In this document: in pieces, positions 57,519 to 64,000 of the stretch
How the letters are laid out: every line of letters starts with the position of its first letter
How positions within the stretch are numbered: the stretch's first letter is position 1
Assembly (NCBI GenBank): GCA_943349725.1
Contig: CALQZP010000001.1
Coordinates: 5,401 to 69,400 of the forward strand
Length of the DNA: 64,000 bases
Direction: 5' to 3'
Source: Candidatus Nomurabacteria bacterium
GTDB lineage: Bacteria > Patescibacteriota > Minisyncoccia > Phycocordibacterales > UBA10002
Position numbers and translations under genes: made by a program
The notes under the pieces: generated by a model
Database searches by the model: none
What the model was told of the DNA's origin: nothing
Seen by the model: only the letters and a program-made list of their open reading frames with translations

Positions 57519-59096
57519 TTAGGGGAGCTTCTCTCCCCTCAGTACTGCTTTAATGACGTGGGCCAGCTCATTTTTGAGCTTCTTCTCGGTTTTCTTCACC
57601 GCTTCTTTAAGGCCTTCTTTAAGACCAGAGATGTTTCCGGTTGTTTTCTGTCCGCCTTGCGTTGAAACATCTGCTTCTATAGGTTTTGTCTGTTGCGCGG
57701 ATGAGATTGACGCGGTGGGGGTAGTATCATTTCCACTCTTCTGGTTCCCTGGGGAGCTTGTGGCGGTTTGAGCCGCTCCATTTGTTGTTGCTCCCGCAGG
57801 AGTCTGGGTTGGCGCACTTCTTTTTTCTTCAGGCTTACTATTTTGAGTTTGCGGAATAGGTTGTGGTGCTGTTTGTGCGGGAGGCGGTGTGTTTTGTGTT
57901 TGCGCTGGTGCGGGTGAAGCAGTGGCCGGTGCTCTCGTAGGAGTTGTTTGTGCTGGAGGCGTGGTTGCTTGTGGTTTTGTTTCGGTAGGTTGCGGTAAGG
58001 AGGTTTCAGCACCCTTTGCTTGAGCTCCCTGCGGACGTGCAGGCGGTTTCTGGCTTTGTGGAAGCGGTGGTGGGCTTGGTCTCCTCGGTGCGCTGTTTTC
58101 TGGTGACGGTGTTGATACAGGAGCCGTTCCAGGTTCTTGTCTAGCGGGTTCCGGGCTCGACTTATTCGCTGTAGGTGCCTGCCCTAATGGAGTTGGCGGG
58201 GGTTGTACTGTGGAAACTTTCGGACTCTCCCGCTTTGTTTCTGGTGCTTCTGCCTGCGAAGGTGACCGTGGAGTCTGCACTGTGTCGGAGCTGTGCGGTG
58301 CCATTTCCGCGGTTGAGTTTTGCGGTGGAACAATCGGAGATTGTGGTTGTCTAAACACCGGCTGTGCGCCAATGTCCTGATTTGGTGTTGCAGAAGGAGC
58401 TTGCCCCGTGGAAGAGTCTTGGTGGCGTGCAGGATGGTTAGCAGTTACGGGGCTTGAAGCGCCTCCCGTTTCGGCGACACGGTGAGTTTGCTGTGTACTT
58501 TCTTGTCCCCCATGCGATACGCTTCCCGCACTCCCCACAGCACCTCCGCTTGTTGCCTCGGTTGCCTGTGGAGCGCGAAGGTTAAGAGTGTTGTGTGTTT
58601 CTCCTCCACCACCCTCCTTCTTTTCCGCTTTATCCGCTTTCTCACTCTCCGACCTTTGAGAATGAGCGAGACTTAGACCTCCCTGCGTCCTCGCTGCGAG
58701 AGCCTTTGATGCTAGGGTACCAAGTGGCCCCGCTTTCTCTAGCAGTTCCTCGGCACGTGTCGTCGCGAAGAGCACAAGTACCGCTACGGTCCATGTGGGT
58801 AAGATTCCGCCAATGGGTACGACTTTGACAAGAAGCGCCAGCGGGAATGTCATAATACGCTTCACGCCAACGAAATTTACGCCGTGCAATTTGAACCACA
58901 CATAGAAGGTGAGCCATGCCCAGATAGAAACCAGCACACCAACCATGAGGTTTATTGTGGAAGTAAGCAAATTCAAAAGCGGGATAAAGTCCAGCAATTT
59001 CGGGGCAGCAACTATAACATCAAACAGCAGTGCAACCGCTCCCATAAGCACAATTGTGGGAATGCTGATTCTGTGTTTTGCGGGGGTTGAGGGCAC
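57519..59096 (-). CDS. polytopic membrane protein with long Pro/Thr/Ala/Gln-rich disordered C-terminal region (VirB6/TrbL-like candidate)
   Basis: 525 aa; 4-5 TM helices in the first 120 residues, then low-complexity PQ/PT/PA repeats. Confidence 0.4.
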   Translation of the reverse strand: MPSTPAKHRISIPTIVLMGAVALLFDVIVAAPKLLDFIPLLNLLTSTINLMVGVLVSIWAWLTFYVWFKLHGVNFVGVKRIMTFPLALLVKVVPIGGILPTWTVAVLVLFATTRAEELLEKAGPLGTLASKALAARTQGGLSLAHSQRSESEKADKAEKKEGGGGETHNTLNLRAPQATEATSGGAVGSAGSVSHGGQESTQQTHRVAETGGASSPVTANHPARHQDSSTGQAPSATPNQDIGAQPVFRQPQSPIVPPQNSTAEMAPHSSDTVQTPRSPSQAEAPETKRESPKVSTVQPPPTPLGQAPTANKSSPEPARQEPGTAPVSTPSPENSAPRRPSPPPLPQSQKPPARPQGAQAKGAETSLPQPTETKPQATTPPAQTTPTRAPATASPAPAQTQNTPPPAQTAPQPIPQTQNSKPEEKRSAPTQTPAGATTNGAAQTATSSPGNQKSGNDTTPTASISSAQQTKPIEADVSTQGGQKTTGNISGLKEGLKEAVKKTEKKLKNELAHVIKAVLRGEKLP

Positions 59097-59212
59097 GATT
59101 GTAAAGAAGCTTTTAGCTACTAGGTTTTAGGTTCTAGGAGCAGAATAGGAGCAGAAAGCGTAGCATCCGAGGCACTTCCTGTTGCTAGAAGCTAGCACCT
59201 AGAAGCTTGCGG

Positions 59213-62200
59213 CTATTCCTTCCCTTCCGCCGCCTTCAGCTCATCCTTTGCAGCCTTGATGGAGAGGAGTTGCGACGGGTCGGAGGTAATGATTTGGTCT
59301 TCGGTATAGGAAGCAATGATTTTGATGGCGACATGCTTGAGGCCCACGAAGAAGAGCCCCTCCCCTACGTCAGATTCAAGCAGGAGATATTTCTCTTCAT
59401 CCGTTAGGCTGAAAATAGTTTGGAGCTTGTCCACCACCGTTGGCGATTGCTTGAGGAGCATCTGCATTGAGGAGTTGGTGAGAATGGGGAGTCCATAGGG
59501 CGACTTCAAAAAGTCGTCCACGTCTTGAGTAATAGTAGAAAGACCGAGGTAGTATTTGCGTCCACGTTTCGCAAGGCCAAGAAGGAACGAAGCGGTGTCC
59601 TCCGATTTCATCATCCACCACGCCTCATCAATCACCATCAAACGTTTCTTGAGCTCCTTTCTGATGGAGTTCCAGATGAAGTGCATTACGATATACATTG
59701 CGGCAGGCTTCAGCTCATCTTCCATATCGCGGAGTGAAAAGACGATAAAGTTTGAATTGATGTCCACGTTTGACGGTTGGTTGATAAAGCCCGCCCACGT
59801 GCCGTGCGTATATTTGGAAAGACGCTGTACAAGCGACTCGGCTCCTTGGATTCCCGCAAGCACCAATTCAAAGTCGGAAAGAAGCGGTGGCTCTATTTTT
59901 GAGAAATCAGAGTCGGGAGTAATGTCCTTCAGCGCGTAAGTTTCGGCAATGGCGCGGTCAATCATCGCGTCTTCCTCCGCGGAAAGCCCTCCGAGGAGAA
60001 TGCGAAATAGTCCCACCAGGTTGATGATGTTTGAGCGTAGCACGTCAGCCGGAGATTCGTCTTCTCTTGGGGGCGCAAGCTCAAAAGGGTTGATATGGTG
60101 CTCCGAGTTGAGTGAGATGTTGAAGTATTTTCCGCCTGTTGCCTCCGCGAGGTATTCATACTCGCGTTCGGGGTCAATGACAATCACGTCCGTGCCGAAC
60201 ATCAGTGAGCGCAAAATCTCAAGCTTGGTCATATACGAGTTATGCACGAACATACCGCCATATCCCGCTAAGAATACTTCGTTATCCACCGTTAAATCAT
60301 AGACATATCGTTCCGTTTTGTTTGTGAAAGGTTCAATCGCCACAATCTCGTCCCACGCGAGGTCTGCAGTCGCCAACTTCTCCAGTCGCACGAGTAGCTC
60401 CCGCACACGAGGAATGTTGTTGCATAAGGAATGGTAACGGGCAGAAATGAAGGAGGACGCCTGCGTCAGCATTTCATAAGAGGTGTTGGCTTCAGGGTGG
60501 ATATGAAGGGCTGTTCGAAGTGAAGGGTTATGATACTTCATTGGCTCGCCTAAGAATTCGAATCCCTCGCTTATCGCTTCTTTGAGCTCGGGTAGTCTGG
60601 GTACGTCAATTCCCATACAGGAAAGAGCGGTAACGGCATTTGCCATTCCGGGCATCTTTCCTTTTTTCATTGTCGCAAAGCTTGAGCCGAGTTCTTTCCA
60701 TAGCAGGGCGTTTACGGCTTTGCTCTGCTTTGCCACTTTTATAATATCCGCAATGGTAGGCAATCCAGTGAGAACCCTGAAAAGAGCCCGCTTTGATTCA
60801 ATGTCCCGTATCACCATTCGTATGTCGGCAATGACTAGTTTTAACTGCCTCGGTGATGGGTTAAAGACACCACGTTTGAGGGGACTCCAATTCTTTCGGC
60901 CACGCATCGCTTTGCCGAGAAGCGCGTCAATTTCTTGAAAGAGTGGAGGAAGTCCGGGAATGATATCTACATTCGTATTTTCGGCTCGCTTCAATGTAAG
61001 CAACATCCCTTTTTTTCGTTCCGATATGAAATTGATATGTTCTCGAAATGACGACAGATTCTTCTGCCCCGATATGGTGAGCAACGAATAGTCCTCCTTA
61101 GATTTTCCGGGTATGAGCTTTTTCCTTACCGCCAAACGACTGATGACGCCAAAGTTATACAGCAAGTAGCAGAGGTCGGAGGTAAGCATTCTTGATTTTG
61201 AGACTGCGGTTATGGTCGGTCCGTCCACTCCGCCGTCACCCTCAAAATAGGCAGAGAGGAAAGCCGTCTGCGCGTTTCGTGGGCTTTCAAAAATGATGGA
61301 AGGAACTCGTTTGGTTGCCGATTTTTCTTGTAATCCGATTATGGCGAGAAACTTTACGAAAATAATATCGCTTATAACCACACTTTTCGGTGTAAGGAAA
61401 TGTTGCACTTCCAAAGTGGTAAGAGCCGTACAAACGTCCTGTATCACTTCAGGGTCAATGTTGCTTATAATCGCAACCTTCTTTCCTATAGTCCCTTCGG
61501 ACACCAAATACCCAAGTATTTTTGCAAGTGCGGGAGTGACGGTATAGAACGCGGGTAGCTTTCCTGTCCCGCTCGCGGAGATAATGAAGCACTGTGCTAG
61601 GCGAGCGTCGGTTATCTCAAGAGAAAGGCAGGCAAGTAGTTTGCGAAAATAGGAGATTGGTACGCGCCTTCCGGCGGCATACTTGTAAAGATAGCGGTCA
61701 AATCGTGAGTCAATAACCTCTGTCCTAAGCAAGCGTCTGTATTCCACCATAAGCGGTGCGACTCCGGTAACATATACACGCGAGTCCGCCATATGTTTTA
61801 GTAGATTGAGTGTGAGTGGAGAGGTTGTGCCGTTCTTTACTTCTCGTGGCAAGGGTACATATTCACCTAGACCGATATCCGCGCTCTTGGTGGCAACCAC
61901 TTCTCCCTTCCGAAGCACCAGCATATTATGGTCGCCTGTAGTTTCCACCACACGACCACTGCGAGTTTTGAAACGGTACAGTTCTTGCGGAGCGTCTTTT
62001 CGTGCCGCAACCGTTACTCTGCTCCACGTGCCCTTCATCTCTTTATCAAAGCTCCATACTTCAAGTCCTGGGTCAATAACCCCTTCTAGTTCGTGGTCAA
62101 TTTGCATCACCCCACGTTCCAAAATTGCTTCCTCAACAATATCCCCGATCGGCCGAAGTAACACTCGGTCATTTTTTCGCATGAGCACAGGTTCGTGACC

Positions 62201-63016
62201 AAGAATGCTCTTGCCCGAACCTGATTTAGCTAGGGTGATTGAGTTGTAGTTCTCCAAACTGAAGCGGTCAAAGAGAACAAGGGAAGCGTTGTGACGGTTG
62301 ATGCCGTAGAGAATGCCCTTGTTGGAAGTAAGGTCAAACGAGAGAAACGGAAACACGCTTGAAAGTGGAGAAGAGTTGAGCTTCGTGTGCACCATAAGCT
62401 CGTCGTTGCCAAGCGGAGAGGTGGAACGAAATCCTTGCTCCTGCTGAAAGAGAGCCGGTTTCATAATGACGAGTTTGCTTTCAAGAAGCGAGCGTATTTC
62501 ACTCTCGGTCTTATCAAGCTCGTTCTCATCTCCCGCATAGATGGTGAGATAAATACCGACATCAAAAAGCTTTTCCTGCGCCTGCAGAAGGTCATCACGA
62601 AGTTTCTCAAGGTCTTGGTAGGCTGTCTCAAGCATCGGGTCGCGTACGAGCCCCTTCTTCTCACGGTCCGCCATTTGACTCTGGACCTCCGCTACTTTTT
62701 TCTGGAAGGTGCGCAGTACCTTGGCGGTATCCACCGGGTGAATAAAGATACTGATGTCAAAAACCTTATCAAGATTGATAATGGGCGCGAACCAGCCTTC
62801 GGTGAGGTAACGGGGGTAGGAAATGACAAAGAATGTTCGCGTCATCTTCCCGCTCACGTTGAGCGACTTCGCCTCTATCTTGAGAGCCGCGGGGGCGATG
62901 ACATCTTGGAGTTCAAGCGTGCCAGATTGGTAAATCTGCTCGGGGAGAAATTCCGCGATATCCTTGTCCGCTTTTTTCTTGTTGAAGAAATTAAAAAACC
63001 CCATAATGTTTACCAA
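59213..63016 (-). CDS. VirB4/TraC-family conjugation/T4SS ATPase interrupted by an intein
   Basis: 1267 aa; Walker A AKSGSGK|S is split, and rejoining gives GSGKSYMTKLE; Walker B MVIDEAWWMM lies in the C-extein. Confidence 0.75.
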   Translation of the reverse strand: MVNIMGFFNFFNKKKADKDIAEFLPEQIYQSGTLELQDVIAPAALKIEAKSLNVSGKMTRTFFVISYPRYLTEGWFAPIINLDKVFDISIFIHPVDTAKVLRTFQKKVAEVQSQMADREKKGLVRDPMLETAYQDLEKLRDDLLQAQEKLFDVGIYLTIYAGDENELDKTESEIRSLLESKLVIMKPALFQQEQGFRSTSPLGNDELMVHTKLNSSPLSSVFPFLSFDLTSNKGILYGINRHNASLVLFDRFSLENYNSITLAKSGSGKSILGHEPVLMRKNDRVLLRPIGDIVEEAILERGVMQIDHELEGVIDPGLEVWSFDKEMKGTWSRVTVAARKDAPQELYRFKTRSGRVVETTGDHNMLVLRKGEVVATKSADIGLGEYVPLPREVKNGTTSPLTLNLLKHMADSRVYVTGVAPLMVEYRRLLRTEVIDSRFDRYLYKYAAGRRVPISYFRKLLACLSLEITDARLAQCFIISASGTGKLPAFYTVTPALAKILGYLVSEGTIGKKVAIISNIDPEVIQDVCTALTTLEVQHFLTPKSVVISDIIFVKFLAIIGLQEKSATKRVPSIIFESPRNAQTAFLSAYFEGDGGVDGPTITAVSKSRMLTSDLCYLLYNFGVISRLAVRKKLIPGKSKEDYSLLTISGQKNLSSFREHINFISERKKGMLLTLKRAENTNVDIIPGLPPLFQEIDALLGKAMRGRKNWSPLKRGVFNPSPRQLKLVIADIRMVIRDIESKRALFRVLTGLPTIADIIKVAKQSKAVNALLWKELGSSFATMKKGKMPGMANAVTALSCMGIDVPRLPELKEAISEGFEFLGEPMKYHNPSLRTALHIHPEANTSYEMLTQASSFISARYHSLCNNIPRVRELLVRLEKLATADLAWDEIVAIEPFTNKTERYVYDLTVDNEVFLAGYGGMFVHNSYMTKLEILRSLMFGTDVIVIDPEREYEYLAEATGGKYFNISLNSEHHINPFELAPPREDESPADVLRSNIINLVGLFRILLGGLSAEEDAMIDRAIAETYALKDITPDSDFSKIEPPLLSDFELVLAGIQGAESLVQRLSKYTHGTWAGFINQPSNVDINSNFIVFSLRDMEDELKPAAMYIVMHFIWNSIRKELKKRLMVIDEAWWMMKSEDTASFLLGLAKRGRKYYLGLSTITQDVDDFLKSPYGLPILTNSSMQMLLKQSPTVVDKLQTIFSLTDEEKYLLLESDVGEGLFFVGLKHVAIKIIASYTEDQIITSDPSQLLSIKAAKDELKAAEGKE
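60239..62209 (-). mobile_element. intein (about 657 aa) with double-LAGLIDADG homing endonuclease inside the VirB4 P-loop
   Basis: Ser1 directly after the GSGK; block B TTGDHNMLVL; LAGLIDADG motifs ILGYLVSEGT and LSAYFEGDGGV; C-terminal ...FVHN followed by Ser+1. Confidence 0.7.
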
Positions 63017-63045
63017 TCAACTAATCTGTACCAATCTACTAATAC

Positions 63046-63480
63046 CTACGAATCTGACTCTCCTGGCTTGCGTGCCCCGTAGGCAACGCGGATAACACGG
63101 TGAGATCGAACATAAGTTCCTCCGAAATTAACAATGATACCCAATTGAATACCGGTTGCTTGCAAGTATCGCTGTATCTGATCATAATCCCCACTCGCCA
63201 CAAAAGGTTTCGCTTTCAATTCTAAGATGATCTTATCTTCAATTAAGAAGTCAAGAATGTTGTTCGTATCTCCAATTCTAAGCTCTCGCTTGTAGGTGAT
63301 GCCGTTTTCTTTGAGTTTTTGCTCCAGTAAGTCCGCGTATTGTTTTTCTCGAGAAAACTTTCCGATTTCATTATGAACAGTGTAACAGAGACCAACCATA
63401 TCGAAAGAAAGGTCGGGATAGAGAAGTCCTAGTCCTTTTTTCGCGTTCTTATTTGTAGGTATTTGCAGATTGGTGTTCAT
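63046..63480 (-). CDS. GxxExxY-family protein (PD-(D/E)XK-like)
   Basis: 144 aa; HNEIGKFSREKQYADLLEQKL, ILELKA, GIIVNFG motifs. Confidence 0.65.
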   Translation of the reverse strand: MNTNLQIPTNKNAKKGLGLLYPDLSFDMVGLCYTVHNEIGKFSREKQYADLLEQKLKENGITYKRELRIGDTNNILDFLIEDKIILELKAKPFVASGDYDQIQRYLQATGIQLGIIVNFGGTYVRSHRVIRVAYGARKPGESDS

Positions 63481-63494
63481 TCGTAGATTGGTAT

Positions 63495-63941
63495 TTAATT
63501 AGTAGATACGGTTTTTTCCGTCTCCCCCGGATTGAACAGCTGATAAAAGAGATCTACTACCTCCTCGGTCCCGAGTTGTGCAACCCTGACACCTGTTCGT
63601 ACCAATCCTTGTTCCACAACCGACACACGCTGTTCAAGCTGGGTACGTTGTTCGTCAAAGCTCTTCTGTTTTTCCGCTTCCGTATGCTTCCCTCCCCCGA
63701 ACCCGTCTTTAATACGCATCGTGATACCCCCGGCTCCACTGCTCAAATCTACGATGGCGGACGAGTAGGGCACGACAATGAAGAAACTCTTGTTCATAAT
63801 GTTCGTCCCCTCGGTAAATTTCTTGATGAAACCGATGTACTCGTGAGTCTGCAATTTAAGCAGTTCGTTCTTCTGACCTTTCAGACGCTCTTCAAGCGTC
63901 GCGATATACGGCCTGATATTGAACCGTCGAGACTGGACCAC
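63495..63941 (-). CDS. hypothetical protein
   Basis: 148 aa ORF at the end of the T4SS-like cluster; the region continues to the window edge. Confidence 0.35.
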   Translation of the reverse strand: MVQSRRFNIRPYIATLEERLKGQKNELLKLQTHEYIGFIKKFTEGTNIMNKSFFIVVPYSSAIVDLSSGAGGITMRIKDGFGGGKHTEAEKQKSFDEQRTQLEQRVSVVEQGLVRTGVRVAQLGTEEVVDLFYQLFNPGETEKTVSTN

Positions 63942-64000
63942 AATTTGTGTGGAAAAGTCTAGCGAGTTTAAGAAGTTTTGAAATTGGGAAATGATGGCCT

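Noticed and set aside
57800-58700. Apparent nucleotide repeats inside 57519-59096
   Set aside because: They reflect the low-complexity Pro/Thr/Ala/Gln-rich coding sequence, not a DNA repeat element.

Overview
The gene content and small-genome style of this 64 kb segment suggest a CPR/Patescibacteria-like bacterial chromosome; the segment spans the replication origin. The backbone is housekeeping genes at about 45-50% GC: ruvA, ruvB, ruvC, polA, tsaE, a pilB/gspE-type ATPase, a Mur ligase, a PBP1A, tyrS, dnaN-dnaA, then rpmH-rnpA-yidC-jag, rpsT, yebC, two tRNAs (Arg, Lys) and three or four type II toxin-antitoxin pairs. Several features stand out against this backbone:

- Two GC-rich islands (about 8.7-10.4 kb and 29.4-35.6 kb) consist of uncharacterised, individually terminated genes. 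They share a paralogous protein family, near-identical 5' leader and 3' trailer elements, and repeated terminator hairpins. This is the strongest candidate for an undescribed system.
- A conjugation/T4SS-like cluster (54.2-64 kb) contains a VirB4-like ATPase interrupted at its P-loop by a roughly 657 aa intein that carries a LAGLIDADG homing endonuclease. A MerR-GHKL plus DUF4325 (STAS-like) partner-switching pair precedes the cluster.
- A lipid-linked mannosylation module (GT39, DUF2079, Dpm1).
- A free-standing LAGLIDADG endonuclease next to tRNA-Lys.
- An orphan duplicated C-terminal gene fragment, and several families of long palindromic repeats.

All calls are from reading the translations and the sequence; no database search was run.
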